A DNA stretch of 64,000 nucleotides, from assembly GCF_006345805.1 (NCBI RefSeq), contig NC_042997.1, positions 17,298,001-17,362,000 on the forward strand, read 5' to 3'. The notes below the pieces were generated by a model, which saw only the letters and a list, made by a program, of their open reading frames with translations, ran no database searches and had not been told where the DNA came from. The position numbers and the translations under genes are program-made. The DNA comes from Octopus sinensis (lineage: Eukaryota). Below, piece by piece: positions 11,001 through 23,502 of this stretch. Numbering within the stretch: the first letter of the stretch is position 1; the number at the start of each line of letters is the position of its first letter.

Positions 11001-13612
11001 GTATAGAATCTTAAAAATGGTGGCCTCAGTTCAAAGAATAAAATTAATCTATGAATACTTTGCACTTTTAACTTAAAAATACCATTCCATACATTATCAA
11101 AACTATAACTACTTTCTGAGCGAATAATAGGTATGATGAATTTGGTAAAAAACAACAATATAATTTACTAATAATATTAAAGTAATAATATATATAATTA
11201 AATAAGTTCAGATACAAATTTTGTCCTTTTAAATCATAGCTTAATAATCTTGTTAATTTGTACCATATGACTAGTGATTTTAATAAACAGAGTAAGAAAG
11301 CCATTATTGAATATATTGATTTTAGATCAATTCTAGCCAGCAGTTTATTTTGTTTACTAGCAATTAATTCCATTAAATTATAAATATAAGGTCTTACTAA
11401 CAAGCAATTTTAATTGCTGTAACATTACTTTTAACATAATAAATTTTTGTAAAATTATCTTGCTCTCAGAAAGTTCTCAGTACCTATTGATTCTTAGGAT
11501 AATATGAGCACAAAAGAAAACTTAATAATTTTCCAGAAAAACTGGATTTTCAATACTTTTTCTTTGAAGTTAATAGAGAGACTGAATTCATAAATAATGT
11601 AGCAAATTTCCTATATCATAATTTGAGTGTTAGTTATTTGAAGTTGCATGAATGACAGAAAATAAAAAGTAAACTACAAATAAAGAAACTATTTAAAAAT
11701 TTGAATACTGGATTTTAAAAAATATTGTAAAAACAAAGTTACTGTTATTTAAAGTCATATTCAGAACTTGAATGTGTACTAAATACAAAGAATAATTTGA
11801 CGGCACTATATAGATAAAATATATAGATAAAATAAATTGATAGGTTATCATGAAAACTACATTGTAAACTGAAGCAAACGTATTTTAATAACAGTGCAAA
11901 TGCTGGTAGTGGTAGATAACATTGATGGCACTAACAAATGCTAGCATAAATGGACTTGAGAGATTGTCATCTAAATGGCTGCTTTGTGAACAAATTGTGA
12001 GATAAAAACTACAATGATTGCACAAGCAAAACAAGAAAGGTGTGATTATCATTAATTTGATGATTGATGGTTATTTGATGCAAATATTTACAGTTCAATG
12101 AAGAAGACACTGTATTGATAATTACTGCTAAGGTAGTATGGAGAAATTGAACAAATCATTTCAGAATCTTGTTTTGCAGTAAAGAGTGAGTCAACCATTA
12201 TATTTATCTAAAAGCTAAGACCATAACAAAAACAAATGTAAAATATATAAATAGAAGCAAAAAAAGAAAAGCACTTATCAGATTAAATTTCACACACTGT
12301 AATATTTCATGTAAGTATTACTAGAGATTTGTATGAAAGAAGAGATGTAACATATATCTCAGTGATTCACTTTAAAAAAATCTTGAAAAGTGGTATATAT
12401 GTATTTGTAATTAATAGCAGTGATATAAGAAGTTAGAAATACATTCTCACAAGGTTTCTCATATTTTTAGTCTCTCACATCTAAGTATTTTATATATTAG
12501 CCTATTGCACTTATTTTGAAATGTAAACAGAAATATATAGAGAAAATTTAGAGCTTGAGGAAACTAATAATGGTTTGTTGCAGCAGAAAATTTAATAAAG
12601 TTCATTAAAGAAAAGTTTTCTGTGCTATGGGAAGAGAAAATTTGGACATTTTAGCCTGCCTCAAATATACAAAAGCTTGATAAAATATCCTAGAACATTT
12701 ATTTACATATAGTTGCAAGCAACAGAGTTCTGGGTGCTGGTTTAAAAGTAATAAAAAAAAATAAGACACAGAATGAAAGCATGAAAACAATAACTCTTGA
12801 TATTAGAAAGGAAAACAGTTTGAGGTTCATACAAATACAAATTTAGTTTACGATCACTTTGAGCTATATCCCTTCCCTGGAAATATCACTTTAACTGTAC
12901 CCCATGAAGTCTTCAAATAGAAATTAGTTGACATAATATTTTGAAATAAGTCATTTTGCTTTATCTCAGTACAAGGAGCCTTTTTTTAAAAAAAACATTG
13001 TTGCTTAGATTATAGAACATGATTGTTTAAATGTAACAAGATTTGTCAAATATCTATTTCAACATAGCTTCTGGTCTCCATGTATGGCTGATAAGTTCAT
13101 CATTTAAGTGGAATTATTGTTATGTTTTGAGTTTTAAGTGCATATGGTGATGGAAGATTGAAATAATATACTGTTTCCTATTTTTTTAACAACTAATGAA
13201 ATGGAAACAAGTAGAATAGTATCTATTCTGTGCAGAGAATGCAGTGGTTGCAACAGAGTACTCAACCTCAACTAATATCTCTTCATAACAATGCATGCAA
13301 CTAGAATTATGGATTTACAATCTTATGAATCATAAATATTTTTCAATAAATTTTTGTGTACCAATAACTAATTCAGATTTTAATCATGGCTTGTATAGTA
13401 ACAAGTAATTTTGCCTCCACTAAATGAAGAACTTGTAAGATTATATTTTTATTCTTGAAGTTAATAGTTTTAAGTTGGCAAAAACAATTGAGAATATTAA
13501 AATCTTTGCAGTTAGGATGTTTACACCTTTTTCTGATTCTAACAAAATTCAGTGTGAAAGAAATGAATTTAGAAAAACAAATGAACAATGATAAAGGTTC
13601 ATAAAACAACAA

Positions 13613-13655
<43 letters not shown>

Positions 13656-13989
13656 TCATAATGTTTCAAGAAGAGCAAAATATGATAATAGCTGTAAATA
13701 TTACAAAGATAGTATATTTTTAAAAAGATTTCTTTAAGATTTTTACGTAAGATTAATTTTGTTTGGTATTTTGTCTCAATGATTTTGTTTACATTTTCTT
13801 TTAAAATGAACTTGTAGGCATTTATTAAATAAGAGATACAATAAATTTATTAACAATGATCATGGTAAAGGCATATGAAAAGAGGTAGTAGTAAACAGAG
13901 GGGGAAGGCAAGAGAGATAATGAGAGATTAAGAAGGAAATCACAAATCACTCAACCACCTCTTCATCACAACTATAATGATGATGACGA

Positions 13990-14160
13990 AGGAAAAGAAG
14001 AAGACAAGGGGCAGGAGAAGAAGAAGAAGAAGAAGAAGAAGAAGAAGAAGAAGAAGAAAAAGAAGTGATGAAGAAGCAGAAGCTGAAAAATAAGGAAGAG
14101 GGGGAGAGAAAGAAGCAGAAACAGCAGCAGCAGAAGCAGAAGAAGAAGAAGAAGAAGAAG
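13990..14160. repeat. (GAA)n/(GCA)n compound microsatellite
   Basis: Directly visible. Confidence 0.95.
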
Positions 14161-15009
14161 AATGACGTGAAGGAATTTCTTTTACTTCATTTTATACCCA
14201 AAATGTGTTTTTGTATTTTCTATTTTTAAATATATATCTTTAAAAATAAAGTAAAAATAAAATAAAAATGAAAATACTTTTTTAAAATAAATTGAATCAC
14301 ATTCTTGATTTGGCAAATGATCAACAAAGCTTAAGAGTCTGTATAAGGCAAAATAATTGCCAGTTAAATGTGTCTATATTTCTTCCAGCATATGTACGAG
14401 TATTTCTACAGATGTCTGTAAGTATGTGAGAACATTCAGAGTTGAAACGTACAAGATCTAGTAAAATTCACTTCTTAAAATTATCTTCTAAGAATGGTCT
14501 AATCAAATTACAGGTTTACAGCTTTTGAAGATTGGTATGCAGAAAATATAAAGAAACTGAAATAAAATGAAGGAAAACAAACAAAAATGAATGAATTAAT
14601 GAAGTAAATCCAGAAACTGGATTGAGTAAAAGAAAGAAAAGAACATAGTGTGGTGGAAAGGAGAGAATAAAATGTTTGGATTTTTAAAAAATCTTTGATT
14701 TTACTGAAACAAATTGCTAAATATATGTAGTTCTAAATGTAGTTCTGTTGGCTTTCAACAAAAGTTCACTGCAATATAACTTCTGTTATAGCCTAACTAT
14801 TTCAACACTAATCATACTTTCTGCATTGGAGTATACAAAGCTATTGAGCTTTTCAATAAAACTCTACCATGTTTAAGTATTCTTCTCATTCTCTTCTGTT
14901 TTCCATTCATTATTTATACTAAGTTTGATGGTTGCTGCATAACTAAGGGATAATTAAGGGATGGGACCCAAAGTATCTCTCTCTCTCTCTCTCTCTCTCT
15001 CTATGTATA

Positions 15010-15232
15010 TTCTTTTATTCTTTTATTTGTTTCAGTCATCTTGACTGCAGCCCTTTAGTCTGCCTTTAGTCAAATAAATTGACCCCAGGACTTATTCTTT
15101 GTAAGCCTAGTACTTATTCTATTAGACTCTTTTGCAAAACTGCTAAGTTACAGGGACATAAACACACAAACATTGGTTGTCAAGCAATGGTGAGGGGGAC
15201 AAACACATAACACAAATACACACACGCACAAC
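15010..15232 (-). mobile_element. 3' part of a tRNA-derived CORE-type SINE
   Basis: gtttcagtcat..gaccccaggacttattctttgtaagcctagtacttattctat..ctaagttacagggacataaacac; similar copies at 40445, 61590 and 62275. Confidence 0.7.
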
Positions 15233-15237
15233 ATCAT

Positions 15238-15650
15238 ATCATCATCATTGTCGTTTATCGTCTGCATTCCATGCTGGCATGGGTTGGATGATTTGACTGA
15301 GAGCTGGCAAGCCAGAAGGCTGCACCAGGCTCCAACCTGATCTGGCAGAGTTTCTACAGCTGGTTGCCCTTCGTAATGCCAACCACTCTGAAAGTGTAGT
15401 GAGTGCTTTTTACGTGCCACCAGCACAAGGGCCAGTCAGGCAGTACTGGCATCGACCATGCTTGAATGGTGCTTTTTACATGCCACCGGTGTGGGAGCTA
15501 GTCAGGCAGTACTGGTAATGACCACACTTGAATGATGCTTTTTATGTGCCACTGGCATGGGACCAGTCAGCCAGCAATGACATTGACCACACTTGAATGG
15601 TGCTTTTTACATGCCACAGGCATGGGAGCCAGATCGTACATGAATGGTGC
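15238..15650 (-). mobile_element. V-domain-like SINE with 3-4 diverged internal units of about 64 bp
   Basis: Reverse-complement tail (catcat..ccatgctggcatgggttgg), V-motif remnant and repeated gtgctttttacgtgccacc units. Confidence 0.7.
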
Positions 15651-15829
15651 ATGTAAATGAAGAAGAAATTTTTTATAGCTATGAATAATTTTGAGTACTT
15701 GTAACAGGTTTAGTAATACCATCAACCGATTCTCTATCAGCTACAATAACATGTTTTACTGAATGGGACTAGCAAATTTATTTATTTATTTATAAATTAT
15801 TTACCCAAACAAGGTATGGATGGCTCTAG

Positions 15830-16130
15830 CCAAGTATTACACAAATTTGAAAAAACTACTTTTGATCCCTTAGAAATATCAGAACTGCTCTTTGGAACAG
15901 GTTAGTCACATTCCACTTCTGCTCACATACTTTCTTCTTGCATACTCAAGTCCCTTGTTGCCAATATTGTCCATCCCTCTTGCTCTAGACTCAGCACTAA
16001 TTCCTGTGCCTCAGATCTTTTCCTATAAAACATTGAGTTTCCAGAATTCCATTCCTACTATGCTTTCTCTACAACTGTCAACTTGCAACTATTTAAGAGT
16101 AATATTTACTACATCAATCTCACCAGAACT
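15830..16130 (+). mobile_element. Highly decayed CR1/L2-group LINE 3' fragment
   Basis: The frame ending ...STTVNLQLFKSNIYYINL resembles the C-terminal VFP.TVNLQ.FK.NIN.INL pattern of such ORF2 proteins. Contains stops and frameshifts. Confidence 0.45.
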
Positions 16131-16664
16131 TTTGCAAAGGCAATAGCCTCAGCCCCTTCCTCCAAACCAAAAGATAAAAAGTAAAACCCATCTTATTGCT
16201 AAACAATTTAGTTGTACTTGACTTTCAACAGGCAAACAATTTATTCAAAACATGGTATAAATATTTTAAAACATAAATTCCTTGCTTCATCATTATATCT
16301 TTCTATGTGTGACACTTTGTTTTATGTATATAAATATCTGTATAAAAAACATTGATGCAATCACAAACATTTTAAAATTTGCTGTGTGGTTTTCAATGAT
16401 TTATTGATTCCTTTAAAAAATAGAAATAAATTTAAATAATTAATGTGGTAAAACTAGATTCCTTGTGTGCATACATTTGAGAGTGTTAATGTGTGTTTAT
16501 ATGGCAGGGGTTTGTTCTAGCATTCATTCTATTAACATAATCCATCACCCATTTCCTTCTCTCTTCCTCTTCAGTTACTCTCTATTTTTCCATCTTCTTC
16601 GACATCATTATTTTATTGTTTATCTTCACTGTTTTCTTTTGTATCATTAATGTTTCAACTGCAG

Positions 16665-16790
16665 GTTAATCAACATGACACTTGGTCCCTTTCAGTGAAT
16701 GATGATGAGTCCACATACCATAGAAGGAAGAAAATGGCAAAACCCCCCAAAAACAGAATGTACAAATCTTATGAAGCCAATCTAGAATAA
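16665..16790 (+). CDS. Candidate terminal exon, unidentified
   Basis: Long polypyrimidine tract plus ctgcag, then open frame VNQHDTWSLSVNDDESTYHRRKKMAKPPKNRMYKSYEANLE*. No homology recognised. Confidence 0.15.
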   Translation, partial: VNQHDTWSLSVNDDESTYHRRKKMAKPPKNRMYKSYEANLE

Positions 16791-17421
16791 GTTTTAACAA
16801 TAATACCATCAAAAGTAAACAAATAATTGAAATTGCTGACAAATTTCTTTCTTAGTTTGAGGTAAAAATATCAGCATAACCCTAAGGCACTAAACCACAA
16901 CAACAATACCAAAGCATGAAATACGAATGCTGTTGCTGCTGCTGATGATGATGGCAATGAGGGTGGTAATGGTGATGATAAGGATAATTATTTAGCAATA
17001 TAATTTGAGTCCTGGCTAAAGTATGACCAGCAGCCAAAGTAATTATCCCATATCACAGTTACCACAGATCGTTTTCACTAACATTATCCATTTCCCAATG
17101 TCATGATACATCTAATGTGATATCACTCCAATACCCCTTACTGCATTCAGTGATAATGGTAGATGAATCATCATACCTTTTATGAGAACATGGGTAACAG
17201 CAATATCATAATGTACTGATGTAAACGAACATTTACTGAGGACACAGAAATAAGATGTTCACACCAATCTTTATCTAGTATTAAACCAGTTACCACACCT
17301 CCACCCATGTCACTATTGCTAATCTGTTTCTAACATTTCACTTTGAACATGATATATTAATTAGAAATATTGAATTTCTAAATGTCTCAAAGAGACATGA
17401 GCGGTGGTGGAGCAATAGAGT

Positions 17422-17791
17422 GGTTGTATACTGTCAACATAACATGACAGTCCCGTAAAGGGAATTACACCTACGCTATTTAGCCCTAGGAAGCATCGAC
17501 GCTTCCTGTCAGCTTTGACACATTTCCTGTGTCCTTATATTTGTGAGGGCTTGGCAGGTATCTCAACTAGCAGGACTTGCTACGCTGGACTGATGACGGG
17601 CAAGACCCAGAAACATGCATGTCTTCAGGTTGCTAGTCCTAGCTGGTGGGGGTGCTTGCCTCCCCTTTGCAAATATAAGGACACAGGAAATGTGTCAATG
17701 CCAACAGGAAGTGTCGATGCTTCCTAGGGCTAAATAGCAGTGGTGTAATTCTCTTTACAGGACTTTCATGTTATGTTGACAGTATACAACC
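17422..17791. mobile_element. 370-bp foldback element with 168-nt inverted arms and a central hammerhead motif
   Basis: 17422-17589 pairs with 17624-17791. The outer 122 nt differ at about 10 positions. Termini ggttgtatactgtcaac / gttgacagtatacaacc. No convincing TSD. Confidence 0.9.
17585..17628 (+). ncRNA. Type I hammerhead ribozyme motif (Penelope-type minimal form, possibly decayed)
   Basis: Stem I CUGGA/UUCAG; core CUGAUGA at 17590-17596; stem II GGG/CCC with loop CAAGA, closed by a C-A mismatch; GAAA at 17610-17613; palindromic stem III ACAUGCAUGU; GUC cleavage triplet, predicted cut after 17623. Confidence 0.7.
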
Positions 17792-20689
17792 GTGATATAT
17801 TAACTCTCACAGAAAGTCTACAATAGAAACTATTCTACTACTCAGTCATTTACATAATATTATGACAATATTAATCTTCAGCAGGTGATTCAACTGGCTT
17901 GTTGTCACACATGTCCTACTATTTGTATCCTTGATTATCCTTTCTGCTGATACTTTACTATCACTAACACCAGAATCGGTCAATATATTTATTGGTTCAT
18001 GTCTTATGTATTGTGCAAAAATACTTAATTCTCAATGGTTCCTCCAATCTAACTGTAACTATGTATTATAATGAAGTGCAATTCATTTCAGTAAGCAGCT
18101 GGAGCACTCTATTTCTGATGGGTGTTTCTTCTTCTTTTAAGTCTTGGGAAGGGAAAAATAACACCCTTCCAGAAAGTCTTTCTTTGAATTATTACTTGAA
18201 AATGAAACTTTGTGTTATGCCTAAAGGAATGTTCTTATTTCAAATCTGTATATAGTTGGTTTAGATTTTCATCATCCCTCAAGAGTCCATTTTCATATAA
18301 AAAAAAATAAGACTACATATTATATTTGCTATAGTGATTTACAAATCTGATTTGTCTTTGATTCAGCTATCAATTTGAGATGGCTGGTCACATCTGTTTG
18401 TTATCTGCTTGTCTTGTGTTGTTTTCAGTGTCATTCTTCGAGTTACTCCTACCAGATAGGTTTCACTGTATTCTTGTGTTTTATTTGTCTTTATAGTTTT
18501 TCATCTGATATTCCATTCATTTTTGTTACAAGTATTTGAATTACTCTTTCCAAATAGTTTATCAGTTGCCATCGAACAAACCAACTGATCTGAATGTATA
18601 TAAAACAGCAACAAAAACATCAACAACTATAATATCAACAGTATTAATTCAAGAAATTATTCTAACACACTCTGATAATGTTTGCTGCATCATTTACTAA
18701 CAACGTTTTCCTTATCAATCATTGTTGTTCCATTTCAATGGAACCTTAATATTTATTTTCTAGTTGGTTGAACTGAGGCAAGGTATGTTTATGTTACTTT
18801 GCCTTTGGATATGAAGTAATATTTGCAGTATGTTTGAACTCATGACATCTTAAATCTGCTACCTTAGACTATTATTAAACAAACCTTACATTTTTATTAA
18901 CAATACATTTTTTGCTGGTACAGTCAATTTTGAATATTCTGCTCAAATTTATGATTTCTTTGTTATCATTTTAAAAAGAGACAAAAATAATTCTATTATT
19001 CTGAAATAGAATAAGTTAAATACATTTTAATTTTGATGTCTTTTCAGAAGTCTAGAAAGTAGAAAGAAAATAGTTTCTAAGTTTAGCATATAATAGAAGC
19101 ATTTATTTTTAGCTTAACCATTTTATCACTTAATTAAACTTCAAGATTGTTTTAAAGAATGTATGTTTGTGTGTGTGCACACGTGCGTGTGTGTGTGCGT
19201 GTGCACATCTATATGTGTTTGTGTCTGTTAAACATGATAGGAAAGAAAGAAAAGATATGAAGCAATCAATAATTTGACTTCCACTGATGTTTGATGCTGA
19301 AAGAAAATGTTTTTTGTCTTTTTCTGATTGATGTTTGATGTCAAATGAATTGGTGATATATTTAATGATGGTTTGAAGTTTTGTGGACTGGGTAGTTATA
19401 TGAAATAAACAAAGACTACATATTTGGAAGTGAGCTATGTTTTCTTGTAAGCACCATTAGCAAAGACAGAAAATATCTAAAGTATAAATTCACTTAGTAA
19501 CAGCGAAGTTAACATTATTTTAAAATTACATTGAAGTGAAAGTTGGTGTGTTTCCATCAACTTTCCAAAACACTTCTTATCCCTTCAAAGGATGGCCCTG
19601 TGTGATACAGCAGAACTCACTCTTCTCTTATCTTAAGAATATCATTGATTGCTTTTTCTTTTCTTTTTGTAAATGTAGACCTTTAGTTGTTATTTAGCCT
19701 GAGATTGGGTTAATTTCAAAAAATAATAATCAAAGGCAGTCAGGCCATGATCATCCATTCTTTTAGTTAGACTAGCTAATCTGATGTATCTTTAGCATAT
19801 TTTTTTAATTATCTTTATGGTTAGCAGAGAAGGAAGTACCTACAATCTTTCACAGCACTTTTGAAATTAGTGTGAGGTAGGGTATACTCAAACTAGAGAC
19901 TTCATCCAAATGCTTGCATCAGTGTGGACTCTGCTAAAAGGCACTCAAAAAGCCAGGTGGTAATGTTAAACAAGGAAATAGAATATGTCAACCATAAAGA
20001 TGGGAAATGGCAAGATTTGAGCTCAGAACGCAAAGAATCAGAACAAATGCTGTAAGGTGTCTGGCCTGACATCCTTAAAATTCTACCAAACCACCCACTC
20101 ACCTGTCTTCAAAAGAGAAAGACTAAGTTATCTGTGGCTGGATTTGAACTCAGAGCACTGAATGCCAGAAGAAATGATGCAAGGTATTCCAGCTGAGACT
20201 CTAAAAGCATGATTTGTAAGAAATTTTGCTGCTATTTTTAACAAGTTAAATAATCATTCTTCATTAGTTTGCAAAGATTCTAGTTTTCACATTGCTGTAA
20301 AGTGGGTGTCAACATAAAACTTACTTAACTCAATTCTAACTAATGAGCAAATTTATTTTAAAGTGAGATTTACAAATCTACTAGGGTACCAAACATTTTA
20401 AGAAAGCTTCACTTAATATAACAGATGTTAGTCGTAAAATAAGTGAAGAAACCAAGAAGCAAACAAACTGACAGAAAAAAAATGATCAATCAATCAAAAT
20501 GAAATAAATGAGTACATTAAAACCAAGTAAATAACTACTAGGAGTAAATATTATTTACCAGTATGTTGTTTTGCTAGCATTAACTACTGCTGAATTCACT
20601 TTGGGATTGATAGAAATAGAAATATATATGTATAATTAAAACAAAGCCACAACTTTAGTATACACACACATATATGCAATATATGTATG

Positions 20690-20757
20690 TATACACACAT
20701 ACACATATAAACATACATACATATACATTTACAATATGTGTGTGTTTCTGTATGTAA

Positions 20758-20789
<32 letters not shown>

Positions 20790-20848
20790 ACACACAATAT
20801 ATATGTGTGTGTATTTATTCATATATATGTAGGTATACATGCATGTAT

Positions 20849-20885
<37 letters not shown>

Positions 20886-20939
20886 ATATATATGTCTGTG
20901 TATTTATTCATGTATATATGTAGGTATATATGCATGTAT

Positions 20940-20978
<39 letters not shown>

Positions 20979-21005
20979 TACATTCATACACACACACACA
21001 TACAT
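20690..21005. repeat. TA/TG-rich low-complexity tract with a short diverged tandem duplication (about 90 bp)
   Basis: cacacaatatatatgt..tatttattcat..gtaggtata..catgtatacaaat occurs twice. Confidence 0.85.
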
Positions 21006-22419
21006 ATGTGTTTCAGTTTATCTTGCTTTGTTTTCTGCATTGTTTTTATTTTTCCTATTTGATTTTTATTTCCCTTCCCTTTCCCAGCTTCATTTGGAAA
21101 GCTTTTAGTATTCCCAATGGTAATGTAACAATGAAAGAATGGTAGTTATTATTGAAAGCTTGTCTCCTGTTCCTTGCTGGACTAGTGGACCTTGATCAGA
21201 TACAATCACAGAGACTTGATCACCACCACTACCTTTCGCTATGCTGACTCTTATGCTCTTCTCTTTCCTTTGAGCAGTTTATAGCGAACCAAGTCAAGGG
21301 ACTGGAAAGTGAAGCGTTCCATTACCAACACCAACGCTTTCTGCACTTCATCCAACACTCCCATCTCTGCTTCCATTTGTTAGTGTTCTGGTTGCTGTTG
21401 TTAATCAGAGAAAGAAATTACATAGAATTCAAACTGCACATTCAAACACAGACACACACTTATGCATGTATGTATGAATGTATGTATGTATGAGAATATA
21501 TACATGTGTATATCTCTGCATGCATGTGGTCTCCATGTGAACATTATATGCGTGTGTGTTCACATACACTTTTAGGCACTCATACACATAGTTTTAATGT
21601 TTGAAACAATCATCAGTATGTCTGTTTCCTATATATGCATACTTAAATATTTGTTAACTTGGCATGCACATGTATAAACATACATGTATGCATAGAGAAA
21701 TGCTTATAAGCACATATATATTTAAACATACATACATACGCACACATATATATGCATATACATACAAACATACAAAGAATTTATGATAGAAACTAAAGAT
21801 TCTTGAACTGACAGATTTTTACTTTTAACAGTAAATGGTTTTCAGTAAGTACATACAGAAACATACTTAAAGAGATATACTGGGACAAAAGGTATTGTAG
21901 GAAAGCACATATCTACTCACTTGGTCATACATATACAGGAAGTAATCACAGATATTTCCATACTTTTTACGAACAACATACATACATCATACAGATTCAC
22001 ATTATTCTTAGAATGGAGAGAAAATCTAGACACACAAACACATACATATTTGCATAGTGTCACTTCTCTCCTTCTTTTGTCTTTGCATGTTCTGTTTAGT
22101 TCAATCCAATTTATGAAAGCATATTGGCATGTTATCTTCAAATGGTACAAAGTGAATGCTGCTTTCTTGCTTTTTCTCCATCAGCCTTATATATATTTGT
22201 CTATATTTGTCCATTTGCTCATTTTATGTCTGTATTTTTCATGCTAGCATGGGTTAGATAAATCTGTTAGTGAGATAATGTTTTACAGCTGGATAGCTTA
22301 TGTATTTTTCAAGTAAATGATACAGTCTTGACCATTCAGACCTGTGTTTGTGTGTGTGTGTGCATGTGTGTGTGAGTATATGCATCTTTTATCTTTTACT
22401 AGTTTCAAGCATGAGACTG

Positions 22420-22525
22420 CGGCCAGATCAGATTGGAGCCTGATGCAGCCATCTGGTTCACCAGTCCTCAGTCAAATCGTCCAACCCATGCTAGCATAGA
22501 AAGCGGACGTTAAACGATGATGATG
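22420..22525 (+). mobile_element. 3' fragment of the V-like SINE / RTE tail
   Basis: cgtccaacccatgctagcatagaaagcggacgttaaacgatgatgatga. Confidence 0.7.
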
Positions 22526-22526
22526 A

Positions 22527-22539
22527 CACACACACACAC

Positions 22540-22576
<37 letters not shown>

Positions 22577-22577
22577 C

Positions 22578-22608
<31 letters not shown>

Positions 22609-23300
22609 CATATATATATAGTATATATGCATATATATATAGTATATATGCATATATATATAGTATATATGCATATATATATATATATATGCATATATAT
22701 ATAGTATATATGCATATATATATAGTATATATGCATATATATATAGTATATATACATATATATATATATACATATATATATAGTATATATACATATATAG
22801 TATATATACATATATATATAGTATATATACATATATATATAGTATATATACATATATATATATAGTATATATATTATATATACATATATAGTAATATATA
22901 CATATATGTATAGTATATATACATATATATATAGTATATATATAGTATATATACATATATATATATTATATATACATATATATATAGTATATATATAGTA
23001 TATATACATATATATATAGTATATGTATAGTATATATACATATATATATAGTATATATATAGTATATATACATATATATATATTATATATATATTATATA
23101 TCATATATATATAGTATATATATAGTATATATATATATATATAATATATATAGTATATATATATATATATATATAGTATATATATATATATATTGCATAC
23201 ATACATATATATATATATATGTATAGGGAGCCAATAAGACTGAACTGGCAATGATCCATGCATGCATGGTACTTATTGCGTGCCATATATATATATATAT
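22527..23300. repeat. Large complex (TA)n array with a higher-order unit of about 20-22 bp (atatatatagtatatatac/gc)
   Basis: Directly visible. Source of the IY/YI ORFs in the track. Confidence 0.95.
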
Positions 23301-23467
23301 GTATTACCAGTAATGAACAAGAAACAGACCTTTTCCTCACTTGTGGTGACAAGTTTTACCCTTTGTAAAGTATAAAAAGCACTTATGACATTATGCTTCA
23401 TGTGAAATATTTCATCTCATCATTTTTTCTTTTTCAGATAATGTCAGTTTGGTCTCTCTCTTTCTCT

Positions 23468-23502
<35 letters not shown>

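Noticed and set aside
15810-15902. Plus-strand exon-like segment (MDGSSQVLHKFEKTTFDPLEISELLFGT, donor gttagt)
   Set aside because: Contiguous with the decayed LINE remnant and has a weak acceptor.
22491-23352. Long ORFs rich in I/Y/C/M/H/T (also 20.6-21.1k, 33.0-33.4k, 37.3-38.9k, 47-53k)
   Set aside because: Translations of (TA)n/(CA)n microsatellites, which lack stop codons.
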